Source of the DNA: Spirochaetia bacterium
Lineage (GTDB): Bacteria; Spirochaetota; Spirochaetia; DSM-27196; Salinispiraceae
Length of the DNA stretch: 64,000 nucleotides
NCBI GenBank assembly: GCA_038204425.1
Contig: JBBRCZ010000006.1
Location: 1-64,000 of the forward strand
Direction of reading: 5' to 3'
Positions 8,965 through 19,879 of the stretch are shown piece by piece. The position numbers and the translations under genes were made by a program. Position 1 is the first letter of the stretch. The number at the start of each line of letters is the position of its first letter. A model generated the notes under the pieces. That model was not told where the DNA came from. It did no database searches and was given only the letters and a program-made list of their open reading frames with translations.

Positions 8965-9864
8965 ATGCGAAAAGTAAAAGTTGCGGCCACACAAATGGCA
9001 GCAAGTTGGAACATTGACGATAATATCTTGCAAGCAGAAAAGATGGTTCGCAAAGCTGCCAGCAAAGGTGCACAAATAATTCTATTACAGGAGCTTTTTG
9101 AAACTCCCTATTTTTGCCAAAAACAAAAACCGGATTTTTTTGCCTTTGCTCACAGCGCCGAAGACAGCAAGACCCTACGTTTATTTACCGCCTTGGCCCG
9201 TGAGTTGCAGGTTGTTTTGCCAATAAGCTTTTTTGAGAAGGCTGGCACAGCCTACTACAATTCTGTCGCAATGATAGATGCCGATGGAAGCATAATGGGC
9301 TTCTATCGAAAGACGCACATCCCTGATGGCCCCGGCTATCAAGAGAAGTACTATTTTAATCCCGGCGACCTTGGTCTCAAGGTTTGGCAGACTCGCTACG
9401 CGCGCATAGGACTTGGCATCTGCTGGGATCAGTGGTTTCCTGAGTTGGCACGTAGTTTGGTTTTGCAGGGGGCCGAACTGTTGTTGTATCCAACTGCGAT
9501 AGGAAGCGAACCTCAGGATGCTGACTTAGACTCAAGAGATCACTGGCAGTTGGTGATGCGCGGACATGCGGGGGCCAATCTTTGCCCAGTCATTGCTTCC
9601 AATCGCATTGGACGAGAAGTAATTGATGATTCTACGATTAGCTTTTATGGATCATCTTTTATGACTGACGAAAAAGGCGGTATGGTGCAAGAAGCGGATC
9701 GACAAAGTGAGACCATACTTGTTCACGAATACAACCTAGACAACATTGAAAAAGCACGCGCAAGTTGGGGAGTCTTTAGAGATAGGCGACCCGATATCTA
9801 TTCCAAACTTCTAACGCTCGATGGTGAGCATCTACATTCAAGTTACCGGGGGACCGCACAATGA
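8965..9864 (+). CDS. aguB: N-carbamoylputrescine amidase
   Basis: Nitrilase triad QELF, YRKTHIPDGPGYQEK, ICWDQWFPE; YPTAIGSEP; FRDRRP; directly follows aguA. Confidence 0.95.
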   Translation: MRKVKVAATQMAASWNIDDNILQAEKMVRKAASKGAQIILLQELFETPYFCQKQKPDFFAFAHSAEDSKTLRLFTALARELQVVLPISFFEKAGTAYYNSVAMIDADGSIMGFYRKTHIPDGPGYQEKYYFNPGDLGLKVWQTRYARIGLGICWDQWFPELARSLVLQGAELLLYPTAIGSEPQDADLDSRDHWQLVMRGHAGANLCPVIASNRIGREVIDDSTISFYGSSFMTDEKGGMVQEADRQSETILVHEYNLDNIEKARASWGVFRDRRPDIYSKLLTLDGEHLHSSYRGTAQ

Positions 9865-11777
9865 AGCAAAAATGGTCAATTAACGACGCGCAAAAGCTTT
9901 ACGGAATAAGCAATTGGGGAGCTGGTTACTTTGGCATCGACGATTTGGGATGTTTGACCGTATCTCCTGATGCCGAGTTCAAACCCGGGGTGCGGATGAC
10001 AGAGATTATAGAAGAGGCTCGCAAGCTTGGTTTGGAAGCACCGTTGCATGTGAGATTCCAAGACATACTGCACCATAGGGTGCAACGCTTAAACGAAGCC
10101 TTTGCAGAAGCTATCAGCGAACATGACTACCAAGCCAGCTATCAAGGCGTCTATCCAATAAAGGTCAACCAACTGCGTGAAGTAGTAGAAGCCTTGCTCG
10201 AGGCAGGCGACCCATACAAGCTTGGCATCGAAGCTGGCAGCAAGCCTGAGCTCTTATTGGCGCTATCACTTCATAAAAACTACCAATCTTTGCTCTTATG
10301 CAATGGCTACAAAGACGAAACCTATATTCGCTATGCCTTGGCTGGCCTTAAGCTAGGCAAAAAGGTGATTATCATCGTCGAAAAACTGGAAGAACTTCCG
10401 GTTATTCTGGAGGTTGCAGCCGAACTAAAGGTTAGGCCAATGATTGGTCTACGCGTTAAGTTGGCTACACGTTCTAGCGGGCAGTGGGCAACCAGTTCTG
10501 GCGACAACGCTAAGTTTGGGCTGTCTTCGGTTGATATTTTACAGGCAATTGAGCTTTTGACCGAACGAGATTTACTGGACACCGTTAAGCTTTTGCACTT
10601 TCACATTGGCAGTCAGATTCCAGAAATTAACGTCATTAGCCGGGCTGTACGCGAGGGTGCGCGCTTTTATGCTAAGCTTGCAGAGCGTGGTTGCACCATC
10701 GAATATGTCGATGTCGGTGGAGGTTTGGGCATAGACTACGATGGTAGCGCTTCCAGTCAAGCATCCAGCGTCAACTACAGTTTGAGAGAGTATGCTTCTG
10801 CCATTATTTGCGGCCTCAAAGAAGTCTGCAACGAAGAAAAAGTGGTTCAGCCTACCGTTATAACAGAAAGCGGCAGGGCCCTAGTGGCCCATCACTCGGT
10901 TTTGGTTATAGAGTCGTTTGGAAAAATTCACAAACAAAACACGCTCAAATCCATGCCAGAACCCGCCAGTCTGCATCGTTTGGTGCAGGACGTTTTAGAC
11001 ATTCGAAAGACCTTGGCCAAAGGTCACCTGGTTGAGGCGTTTCACGATCTCGTTTACTACAAGCAGCAAGCCTTGTCCTTGTTTGACCTTGGTTTTCTTG
11101 ACCTAGAATCACGGGCCGTAATCGACAGTCTCTATTGGGAAATTGGCTCGCAGATAGCAGAGCAATGCAAAAATCTGGAAAAGGTGCCGCACGAAATTAA
11201 GACGTTGCTAGACGAACTTAAAGATCAATATTTGATGAATTTTTCTGTCTTTAGAAGCTTGATAGATTTTTGGGCCTTGGGACAAAACTTCCCTATAGTC
11301 CCACTGGATCGACTAGAACAAAAACCAGACTGTGAGGCGATCCTCGCTGACATTACCTGTGACTCTGATGGAAAAATAGACCGATTTATCGGTGCGCCGG
11401 TTGGCGAAAAAAACGCTTTGCTTCTGCACAACCTTGACGACAAACCCTACTTTTTGGGTGTTTTTTTGACAGGTGCTTACCAAGACACTTTGGGCGACAT
11501 GCACAATTTATTCGGCAGAATGAACGAAGTGCATATTGTACTTGACCCGGACGAAGAGGGTGGGTGGTACGTTGACCAAGACATAGCTGGAGACAAAGTA
11601 GATGAAATGCTGACCCAAAATGAATACTCAGTGAGTGAGCTAGTTAGGGCCTTTAAGGCCCAAGTTGACCAAGCAATAAAGAGCGATCGAGTGCGACCGT
11701 CTGAAGGTGTGGGCATTCTTAACGACTACGAAAAAGCTATGAGCGGCTATACCTATTTGTCGGTGAGCAAGAAATAG
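9861..11777 (+). CDS. speA: Biosynthetic arginine decarboxylase
   Basis: VYPIKVNQ (PLP lysine), EAGSKPEL, HFHIGSQI, DVGGGLG, DITCDSDG, GAYQ..HNLFG; ATGA overlap with aguB. Confidence 0.95.
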   Translation: MKQKWSINDAQKLYGISNWGAGYFGIDDLGCLTVSPDAEFKPGVRMTEIIEEARKLGLEAPLHVRFQDILHHRVQRLNEAFAEAISEHDYQASYQGVYPIKVNQLREVVEALLEAGDPYKLGIEAGSKPELLLALSLHKNYQSLLLCNGYKDETYIRYALAGLKLGKKVIIIVEKLEELPVILEVAAELKVRPMIGLRVKLATRSSGQWATSSGDNAKFGLSSVDILQAIELLTERDLLDTVKLLHFHIGSQIPEINVISRAVREGARFYAKLAERGCTIEYVDVGGGLGIDYDGSASSQASSVNYSLREYASAIICGLKEVCNEEKVVQPTVITESGRALVAHHSVLVIESFGKIHKQNTLKSMPEPASLHRLVQDVLDIRKTLAKGHLVEAFHDLVYYKQQALSLFDLGFLDLESRAVIDSLYWEIGSQIAEQCKNLEKVPHEIKTLLDELKDQYLMNFSVFRSLIDFWALGQNFPIVPLDRLEQKPDCEAILADITCDSDGKIDRFIGAPVGEKNALLLHNLDDKPYFLGVFLTGAYQDTLGDMHNLFGRMNEVHIVLDPDEEGGWYVDQDIAGDKVDEMLTQNEYSVSELVRAFKAQVDQAIKSDRVRPSEGVGILNDYEKAMSGYTYLSVSKK

Positions 11778-11858
11778 GCCCCCAAGGTTTGGTTTGATAA
11801 GTATTTCTTGTTTGCCGGCCTAGATTGACCTACACTTTTAGCGGGGGCCGAGCAGACA

Positions 11859-14843
11859 TTGACCGTTAAAAAGCAGTTAAATCTTTTAGTCTTTATCATG
11901 GTCGGGCTGTTTGCAATTTGTGCCGGCTGCTACTTTTTGTTTCTACTTCCAGTAGTTCAGATACAAGAAGAAGAAAAACGACTCTCAAACCTTTCGAGTT
12001 CTATTTCCGACTTGCAAGAAGCTTCATCTGCCTTATTAAAGTACCCACTTCTTGAACAAAAACCAGGGTTTTGGGCCTTGGTCAAGAAATATGAAGCGGC
12101 CGAAGACCGCATTACCCAAGTGCGAGCACTTTTGACCATTAGCCCTGTATTGAGCGAATCGCTCAGGGTGGTCTTTAGTATTAGGCAGTTGGTAGATAAA
12201 AGTATAACCGAGTTTACAGACTTGATGGACAAAGTTTTGGAAGAGTCGAGCCGTCAAGCTTTATCTCCCTTCTGGACGGTTGATTCGATTAGGACTTCCT
12301 GGACACCAGATTCAGCGACACAAGACAATAGTTGGTGGATCTACTATTTGGATAAATTTGAGAAGCAACATACCTACCTAAATCGTATTCTAACCGAGTC
12401 ACGCAAGGTCATTGCAACCAAAGACGTAATTGTAAGTGAGGAGGTTCAGAAGCTTTCTCGGCGCAATAATGCCATGGTTCTTTCAATTATTGTCTTGGCA
12501 ATCATCTTGGCGCTTTACATTTCGTCTCGGCTGGCGAGAGGTATCTTAAAGACCAACCGTGCCAATCTTGATCAAATAATTGCCAGCAATGTTGAGTTAG
12601 AAAAAGCTCGGGATGCTGCAGAAACAGCCAATAAGGCCAAAAGCAATTTCTTAGCCAATATGAGTCACGAGATTAGAACACCCATGAACGCTATATTGGG
12701 CATGGGGCATCTTGTTTTGGCAACCGACTTGACTGACAAGCAACGCTACTACATCGGTACTATAGAAAAGGCGGCTAGCCAACTTCTCGGCATCTTAAAT
12801 GACATCTTGGACTACTCAAAAATTGAAGCCGGCAGGCTGACTTTAGAGTCGATTCCTTTTAATCTTGAGGAAGTCATCGCACAAGTGCTCAATCTGCAGG
12901 CACAGCAGGTAGCGGAAAAATCGCTGGAATTACTATCACGTATTTCACCACGGATACCTGTACAACTACGTGGTGACCCCCACCGGCTCAGTCAGATATT
13001 GATTAACCTGGTGGGCAATAGTGTCAAGTTTACCGAAAAAGGTGAGATACTTGTCTGGGCCGACGTCAAGGATGGATCCGATGGGCAATATGGCATACTT
13101 TTTGAGATTACCGACACCGGCATTGGAATTAGTGAAGAGCAGGTTAAGCAACTATTTCAGCCTTTTACTCAGGCTGACCAAAGTATTACAAGAAAATTTG
13201 GCGGGACAGGACTAGGTCTTGCGATCTGTCGGCAACTTACCAGCATTATGAAAGGCTCCTTGTCACTAAAGAGCCAAGAAGGTATTGGCAGCACTTTTAG
13301 CCTTTGGCTGCCCTTTATAGCCTTGGACGATGCCGCCGGCTCGCAGATGGCACTTAACAAGCGTCTTCCAACAAGCTTAAAAGGCATGCGCGTCTTGGTT
13401 GTCGACGACAGTGACGATTCACTCTTAATCCTAGAAGAACAACTGCGCAGTTTTGGTTTAGAACCTTCCACAGCTTTGAGTGGAGCGCAGGCCATTGAGT
13501 CCATTGAGCAAGCCATAGACAATGGCCTGCCGTATCAACTAGTACTTCTTGATTGGATGATGCCGGACTTAGACGGATTGCAAACCGCAAAACAGATTAC
13601 CAATAAATTTAGCCACCAAGCGCCCAAAATTCTGATGGTTACCGCTCATTCAAGAGATGAGATTCTGAGCAGACTTGATACCAAAGTCATCGACGGTCTC
13701 CTGCTTAAACCAGTCATGCCATCAGCACTCAACGACGTCATAGCTCAGACCTTTGGTCACGAAATTCAACGTTCAATTGGACAGTTGCCACCGGTCAATT
13801 TAGAATTTGACGGCGAGTCAATTCTTTTAGTAGAAGACAACGAAGTAAATCGCCAAATTGCGATTGAGTTACTTGAGACAGTTGGACTGCAAGTGAGTGT
13901 CGCATGCAATGGCCAAGAGGCAATAGAAGCCATAAGTCAGGCAAGTTTCTCACTAGTGCTAATGGATATTCAAATGCCGGTGATGGACGGTTTGCAAGCC
14001 AGTCGAAAGATTAGGGAACAAGAACAAGTGAGTGGATCCAATCGACTGCCAATAGTTGCGATGACAGCACATGTAATGTCAGAAGAAATTTTGGCAGCCA
14101 AAAATGCAGGCATGGATGGGCATTTGGCCAAGCCGGTAGATCCGAGTCTGCTATATGCGACTATCGTGTCCTGGATAAGTCCCAAAAAAAAGCGACGATT
14201 AGACTCTGTAGCGAGTTTTGATTCCGCTGCACCAGTGCTTTCGATAGCAGGAGTAAACAGTCAGCTTGGTATGCGCTATGCTAACAACGATCCAAGAGTT
14301 TACGCCAAAGTACTAGGGCTTTTCGTAGAGCAGCATCGCCACTTTGCAAGACTCTGGAAGGACTGTGTTGCCCTAAACCACAAGGCAGAGTCACTTGGCT
14401 TGGTTCACAACTTAAAATCAGCAGCTGGCTTAATTGGGGCCCAAAATCTACAAGACTCAACCGAAGTCTTAGAAAAGTCACTGCGAAAAGATGGCCATTG
14501 GCACAGTTTGGCAGATACAGTCATAAGTCTCTTGCAGACTTTGATACATGATCTCAAGAAGAATAGTTTTCTAAAAACAGATCATGACGCCTTGCAACCA
14601 AGTTCCAGCCCCGTCGACGACAAAGTCTGTTCTTTACCCGATCTTGTGGCAAAACTTGGAGAAGCAGTTGAACGACAAAAGCCGCGTGAAGCTCGCCGAT
14701 TAGTTAAAATTATCTCGCAGAATCAAATCAGCGAAGAACAAAAACAAACACTAAAAAAACTCGAGGAATGTCTAACGGCCTTAGATTTTCCTCTGGCCCA
14801 AGTGGTATTTAGGACTGATTTTAACAAGGCAGGTTGGAAATGA
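11859..14843 (+). CDS. Membrane hybrid sensor histidine kinase (periplasmic helical sensor, HisKA, HATPase, two REC, HPt)
   Basis: Two TM helices; [44 protein letters not shown] and LMDIQMP; HPt [12 protein letters not shown]. Confidence 0.92.
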   Translation: MTVKKQLNLLVFIMVGLFAICAGCYFLFLLPVVQIQEEEKRLSNLSSSISDLQEASSALLKYPLLEQKPGFWALVKKYEAAEDRITQVRALLTISPVLSESLRVVFSIRQLVDKSITEFTDLMDKVLEESSRQALSPFWTVDSIRTSWTPDSATQDNSWWIYYLDKFEKQHTYLNRILTESRKVIATKDVIVSEEVQKLSRRNNAMVLSIIVLAIILALYISSRLARGILKTNRANLDQIIASNVELEKARDAAETANKAKSNFLANMSHEIRTPMNAILGMGHLVLATDLTDKQRYYIGTIEKAASQLLGILNDILDYSKIEAGRLTLESIPFNLEEVIAQVLNLQAQQVAEKSLELLSRISPRIPVQLRGDPHRLSQILINLVGNSVKFTEKGEILVWADVKDGSDGQYGILFEITDTGIGISEEQVKQLFQPFTQADQSITRKFGGTGLGLAICRQLTSIMKGSLSLKSQEGIGSTFSLWLPFIALDDAAGSQMALNKRLPTSLKGMRVLVVDDSDDSLLILEEQLRSFGLEPSTALSGAQAIESIEQAIDNGLPYQLVLLDWMMPDLDGLQTAKQITNKFSHQAPKILMVTAHSRDEILSRLDTKVIDGLLLKPVMPSALNDVIAQTFGHEIQRSIGQLPPVNLEFDGESILLVEDNEVNRQIAIELLETVGLQVSVACNGQEAIEAISQASFSLVLMDIQMPVMDGLQASRKIREQEQVSGSNRLPIVAMTAHVMSEEILAAKNAGMDGHLAKPVDPSLLYATIVSWISPKKKRRLDSVASFDSAAPVLSIAGVNSQLGMRYANNDPRVYAKVLGLFVEQHRHFARLWKDCVALNHKAESLGLVHNLKSAAGLIGAQNLQDSTEVLEKSLRKDGHWHSLADTVISLLQTLIHDLKKNSFLKTDHDALQPSSSPVDDKVCSLPDLVAKLGEAVERQKPREARRLVKIISQNQISEEQKQTLKKLEECLTALDFPLAQVVFRTDFNKAGWK

Positions 14844-16468
14844 TGCGCACTTGTTTGCTTAGTATAGTGATGATAGGGTTGCTTGGCTGTGGACAACAAG
14901 AAGCTGATGAGGTCGGAACAACTAGTATAGTAAACCCTTTGCAGGACTCAGAAAAACGTCTGAGCTTCTCTTGGTACATTGACTATCCTTGGTTTGTGCC
15001 GCCCAACCCTTGGGGCCAAGACCCAGTGTCGGCATGGCTAAAAGAACACAAAGCAGTTGCTATCGATTGGCTTTCGCCTAGCGTCAAAGGCTCCGGTGAT
15101 TTTGATACTTTTGTGGCAACAGGAAATTTTCCGGATATTCTCTGCATCAATCGAGGCAGCAAAGTAACACAACTTTTGGAAATGGACGCATTGCTGGCTC
15201 TTGATCCCTACCTAGACTTGTTACCCAATCTCAAAAAATGGCTTGGACCGCTCAATATGGCACTCTTACGGTCGGACGATGGTAAACTATACCAGTTCCC
15301 AAACTGGTACATTGACCCTGACATGAAGGTTGGCAATGGAACTGCAGGCTGGGCAGTAAATAAGAAGATACATCGAGCCTTGGGCAGCCCTGCACTAGTA
15401 AACTTTGACGACCTCAGGCGCTACTTATCAGCGGTCAAAAAGTCTTATCCGCATGTACTACCGCTAGAAGTATCGGAGGACAATCAAGCGCTAAGCCTGT
15501 ATATAAGGGCGTCGGCACCCCAACAAGTGGAACACTTTGGTAGGATGCTCGGAAGCCCTAAGTCAGATGTCTTTGGCAAGGTTTTTGACGACCCACTTGT
15601 GGTCGACGCTTTTATTTACTTCGCGCGCCTCAATCGAGAAAACCTTGTCAGCGCAGAAGCATTTATTCAATCAAGAGATCAAGTCTTACAAAAAATGATT
15701 AATCAAAGTGTTGCGGTGATAGCATCCATGGATGTGCTGTCTGTGCTACATAGTGCGGAGGCCGTTGACGACCAAACACACTATCAAATAATCTGGCCAC
15801 CTGTAAAAAATGGAGTTGACCCACGTTTGGTCGCACTGTCCACCTCACAGTCAGTAGGTTGGAATGTAAATGTCTTTCCAAAGTCGGCAGAACCAAAAAT
15901 CAAAGAACTATTGACCTATCTCGATTGGCTCACCGGTGAAGAGGGGCAGCGAATATTGAGCTATGGCCCACCTGGCTATTTTTGGTCAAAAGTAGACCAA
16001 GAAGGCATACCAATTTGGAACGAGGTCTATAGGGAGTGCAATCTTGCGCAAAGAGATGCGGCGCGACTTTTTAGGTGGAACTGGGTCGGCAACACAACAT
16101 GGGTGGACAATGGTAAAGTCAAGGCCAATCAAAGACTGCCTTTGGACAAGCAAGATAAATGGGTCAAATCACAGAGCGAAATTTTATGGAAAACCACCAT
16201 GTTCTCGGATGGTCTATCGTACTCATTCCCCTCACCGGAAAGTGAGCTTGGCATCAAAATAAGCCAAATGAGAGACGTTTTTGACGACACCAGACGGCTG
16301 GCCACCATGGCAAAAAACGAGGCGGAAGTGCGTAGCTTGCTTAAAGAAGCGCAATCCAAGCTTGACAGCCTTGGCTATCAAGAGTACCTCGACTTCGCCC
16401 AAGCACAATTGAAAAAAAGAAGAGACTTGTTAAAAAGGAACCAAGAGATCGGGAATACTGGCGTATAA
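14840..16468 (+). CDS. Extracellular solute-binding lipoprotein (carbohydrate ABC SBP family 1, LplA-like)
   Basis: Lipobox [14 protein letters not shown] and [20 protein letters not shown] are typical of large sugar SBPs; ATGA overlap with the kinase stop. Confidence 0.8.
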   Translation: MMRTCLLSIVMIGLLGCGQQEADEVGTTSIVNPLQDSEKRLSFSWYIDYPWFVPPNPWGQDPVSAWLKEHKAVAIDWLSPSVKGSGDFDTFVATGNFPDILCINRGSKVTQLLEMDALLALDPYLDLLPNLKKWLGPLNMALLRSDDGKLYQFPNWYIDPDMKVGNGTAGWAVNKKIHRALGSPALVNFDDLRRYLSAVKKSYPHVLPLEVSEDNQALSLYIRASAPQQVEHFGRMLGSPKSDVFGKVFDDPLVVDAFIYFARLNRENLVSAEAFIQSRDQVLQKMINQSVAVIASMDVLSVLHSAEAVDDQTHYQIIWPPVKNGVDPRLVALSTSQSVGWNVNVFPKSAEPKIKELLTYLDWLTGEEGQRILSYGPPGYFWSKVDQEGIPIWNEVYRECNLAQRDAARLFRWNWVGNTTWVDNGKVKANQRLPLDKQDKWVKSQSEILWKTTMFSDGLSYSFPSPESELGIKISQMRDVFDDTRRLATMAKNEAEVRSLLKEAQSKLDSLGYQEYLDFAQAQLKKRRDLLKRNQEIGNTGV

Positions 16469-16495
16469 TAAAAGCGAAGGAGACTCGGCTATCCC

Positions 16496-17665
16496 ATGAC
16501 TAAGGATTCAATCCTGATCGTTGATGATCAACGATTCAACATTGAGGTATTGAGCAATCTCTTGGATTCTGACTATGACTTGGGCATAGCCATGGACGGC
16601 GCCACGGCCCTGCGACTGGTCAAAAACTATCCGCCAGACTTAATTTTACTAGACGTCAACTTACCGGACATCAATGGCTATGAGATTTGTCGGCAGCTCA
16701 AAGCAGATCCTGTAAGCGCAAACATTCCGCTTATTTTTTTGACTGGTCTGAGCGATGAGACGGACGAAGTGACCGGCCTCAATCTGGGTGCTGTGGATTA
16801 CATCGCCAAACCTTTTAGTCCAGCTCTCGTTAAAGCACGCATTGCCAACGTGCTAAAATTATCGCATTCCGCTCGCGAAATTAGCTTACAACAAGAGCGC
16901 ATGGCTCAGCAAGAAAAAATGGTGAGTCTTGGCATGCTGATGGCAAGTATTGCCCATGAGCTCAACACACCGATAGGCAATGTTGTTTTAGCTAACTCAT
17001 TTATGCTGGAGCAAATGCGAGATGTAGACAATCACATAGAAGAGGGTAGTCTCAGTTTGGAGAGATTTAAAAAGTTTTCGCTGGAAGTAGGGCAGTCGCT
17101 GCAGTTGGTTCAACGAAACGTTGGGCGTGCTGTTGATTTGATTAATAGTATCAAAAAGATTTTTAATGACGATAAGGAAGAAGTGCTTAGTACGGTTGTT
17201 GTGCACAAAAAAGTTGAAGAAGTTATTTTGCTTAACTCAGCAGGTTTGCAAGGCAGGAGCTGTGTAGCGACCGTGTTTGGTCCCCAGGAACTTAAATTTC
17301 GTACTTATTCAAAGGCCTTTGAACAAATGATCGCCTTACTTTTGGAGTTTAGCATCAAGCAAACATTCCAAACCTTGCCAGGTCAAATTAGCATCCGATT
17401 TGGGTTCAATGAGACGGGAGAGCTTTTTTTAGAGTACGAAGACAATGGTATGGGGACGGTGGAAGATCGTGTACCACTTTTGATAGAGTCAAGTGTTTAC
17501 TCTTCTGACTTAGAGCATAGCTTGTCCTTGGAAATTTTTGGACTCTACAGTTTGGTAAAAAATAGACTTAAAGGTAGTATACAAAGCTATTCAGTAAATG
17601 AGAGAGGTATTAAGTACTTAGTTACCTTGCCTTTTGACAGCGATAGCGACGATAGCAGTGCTTAG
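16496..17665 (+). CDS. REC-HisKA-HATPase hybrid protein with a degenerate ATP-binding domain
   Basis: REC (IVDD, LLDVNLP, KPF); H-box ASIAHELNTP; EDNGMG retained but the N-box Asn and GxGLG are missing. Confidence 0.8.
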   Translation: MTKDSILIVDDQRFNIEVLSNLLDSDYDLGIAMDGATALRLVKNYPPDLILLDVNLPDINGYEICRQLKADPVSANIPLIFLTGLSDETDEVTGLNLGAVDYIAKPFSPALVKARIANVLKLSHSAREISLQQERMAQQEKMVSLGMLMASIAHELNTPIGNVVLANSFMLEQMRDVDNHIEEGSLSLERFKKFSLEVGQSLQLVQRNVGRAVDLINSIKKIFNDDKEEVLSTVVVHKKVEEVILLNSAGLQGRSCVATVFGPQELKFRTYSKAFEQMIALLLEFSIKQTFQTLPGQISIRFGFNETGELFLEYEDNGMGTVEDRVPLLIESSVYSSDLEHSLSLEIFGLYSLVKNRLKGSIQSYSVNERGIKYLVTLPFDSDSDDSSA

Positions 17666-17714
17666 TCATAAATGAATGCTTGCGAACTATGGCTGCAGTG
17701 CATGATACTTACTA

Positions 17715-19430
17715 GTGATGCTTGTTTATCGAAGTCTACTTTTTAAGATACTGTTCTTGATCTTGGCGCTCTTGGTGGTATCTGGTTTACTGATTGCGCA
17801 ATTAGTAACAGAGTTTTCTAAAAATGCCCTATTTGAGACAAGCGCGCTCCTAGCCTTTGAGAGGACCAAACGCATTAAGTCACGCTTGACCTATGAGATT
17901 GGCAGCTGGACCAACCTACTTGAGATCATTCAAAAAACACCCAGTATCGACACCTTTAGCCCGCAGAAAGTCCAGTTGTATCTTGCTTCTGTCAAACTGA
18001 CTTATCCTCAAGTACAGAGCATTTTTATAAGTAAGCGAAACGGGGACACTCTGCTATCGAGTGGTGCAACTACCAATCTGTCAGACAGGGACTATTTTAG
18101 AGCTGCCTTGCGTGGAGAAACCACAGTTTCGCAGCCAATCATTGGAAAAGTGAGTGGCAAACCTCTAGTGACCGTTATGCGGCCGCTCTATGCCGATAAC
18201 GGTATCGTGGGGGCCTTGGGTTTGGCTGTTGAACTGAGTAGACTATCGGCACTTGTCAACATTGAGCCGTTTGGTAAGACTGGATACAGTTTTATGGTCG
18301 ACAAAAGTGGTTTGATTTTGGCGCATCCGAATGAGTCCTTGCTCATGACCCGTGATGATGAAATAGACAATGCAGCATCAACTGGCTTGCGCGCTGTCCT
18401 CCTGCGCATGGTTAGTCAGGAATCAGGAAATGCGAGTTACCGTTACCACAACGCCGACAAAATTGTGTCGTTTATGCCGCTTGGGATAAATCAGTGGTCA
18501 ATCGGGTCAGGCATCAATCACAACGAGATTTACGAAGGAATAGATGATATTGCTCGTTCAATCTTTTTTGTTCAGCTGTCAGGAGTTCTGTTTGTCGGCC
18601 TTATTTTTCTCTTTTTGATTTATACCATGGTTCTGAAACCAATCAAACGTTTGACTGAGCTTGTCAAAAGCTTTAAGTCTGGAGATCTGCCGGCTAGGTT
18701 GGTGGCCCCGGGAAAGGATGAGATAGCCTATCTTGAGGACAACTTCTATCAAATGGCACAATCAGTAAGCTCAACCATCCAAAGACTCACCAGTTCTGAC
18801 CGCAGTCTTAGGAATAGCCTTATCGAACGTGAGACTATGCTCAATGAAATTAACCACCGGGTCAAAAACAACTTTAATTCGATAGTTGCCATCTTGACTT
18901 TACAAAAACGTTCTTTGCTTGACGCCAAAGCGCAGGAAGTTCTGTCCACCTCAATTGATCGCATTTATTCCATGGCACTTGTGCAAGATGTTTTGTATCA
19001 GTCAGAAAATATCTCAATGATTAACGTGCGAGACTACCTAAATCGTCTAATGGCCCACTTAGAAGAGAGTTACAAACGGCCCAATTTTTTACTGCATATA
19101 GTAAAAGATATAGACCCAATAGTTTTGGAACCGCGCAAAGTCTTGCCGCTCGGCCTGATAATAAATGAACTTTTTACCAATACTATTAAACATGCCTTCC
19201 CACAAAAAACCAATGGTACTTTTTCTTTAACGGTCAAACGTGGTGATGCGCTTGTTTTGTGTTCGATAAGTGATGATGGCATTGGTTTACCCGTGCAATG
19301 GTCGCTCCAACAAGACAAAAATCTTGGCTACGAACTTATCAAGATTTTAATCGAACAGTTAGACGGCCAGTTTAGTCTCACGCCGGGCCTAGGTTTTAGG
19401 TTGAGCCTTGAGTTTAAGGATGGCCAGTGA
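17715..19430 (+). CDS. dCache-HAMP sensor histidine kinase, HisKA_2 type
   Basis: SDRDYF, GKTGYSFMVDKSGLILAHP (dCache); HAMP DEIAYL; H-box EINHRVKNN; GLIINELFTN; DDGIG. Confidence 0.9.
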   Translation: MMLVYRSLLFKILFLILALLVVSGLLIAQLVTEFSKNALFETSALLAFERTKRIKSRLTYEIGSWTNLLEIIQKTPSIDTFSPQKVQLYLASVKLTYPQVQSIFISKRNGDTLLSSGATTNLSDRDYFRAALRGETTVSQPIIGKVSGKPLVTVMRPLYADNGIVGALGLAVELSRLSALVNIEPFGKTGYSFMVDKSGLILAHPNESLLMTRDDEIDNAASTGLRAVLLRMVSQESGNASYRYHNADKIVSFMPLGINQWSIGSGINHNEIYEGIDDIARSIFFVQLSGVLFVGLIFLFLIYTMVLKPIKRLTELVKSFKSGDLPARLVAPGKDEIAYLEDNFYQMAQSVSSTIQRLTSSDRSLRNSLIERETMLNEINHRVKNNFNSIVAILTLQKRSLLDAKAQEVLSTSIDRIYSMALVQDVLYQSENISMINVRDYLNRLMAHLEESYKRPNFLLHIVKDIDPIVLEPRKVLPLGLIINELFTNTIKHAFPQKTNGTFSLTVKRGDALVLCSISDDGIGLPVQWSLQQDKNLGYELIKILIEQLDGQFSLTPGLGFRLSLEFKDGQ

Positions 19431-19801
19431 ACAAAAAAACCATTCTTATCATCGAAGACGAAGCAATCAACATCCTGATGCTCAGGTCGGTGATAGAATC
19501 GATAGCCGGGCTTCACCTTATTGGGCATGCCATGCATGCCGACGAGGCATATAAAGTTATAATAGAACAAAAGCCCGACTTCATTTTGGTGGATATAAAA
19601 CTCAAGGCTGATAGCAGCGGATTGAGTCTTGTGGCAAACTTAGAATCTGAGGGCAAGTTGCCAACGCATATCTTTTGTACTGCCTATAATGAGCTTTCGA
19701 TGATGGAACTAATGCAAGTCAGTAAACCTGCTGCTATTTTGACCAAACCCATCAATGAATTTAGACTGCGTACGGTAATAGAGAAGCTTTTGCAGGCCTA
19801 A
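19427..19801 (+). CDS. Single-domain response regulator
   Basis: 124 aa; IIEDE, LVDIKL, CTA, TKP; no output domain; overlaps the kinase stop. Confidence 0.88.
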   Translation: MNKKTILIIEDEAINILMLRSVIESIAGLHLIGHAMHADEAYKVIIEQKPDFILVDIKLKADSSGLSLVANLESEGKLPTHIFCTAYNELSMMELMQVSKPAAILTKPINEFRLRTVIEKLLQA

Positions 19802-19879
19802 GTTAGCTGGCCCAGCTACTACTAATAAAGACCAAAGTCATGTTATAAATGCCTCATTACGTAACATGGAGACTTAACG

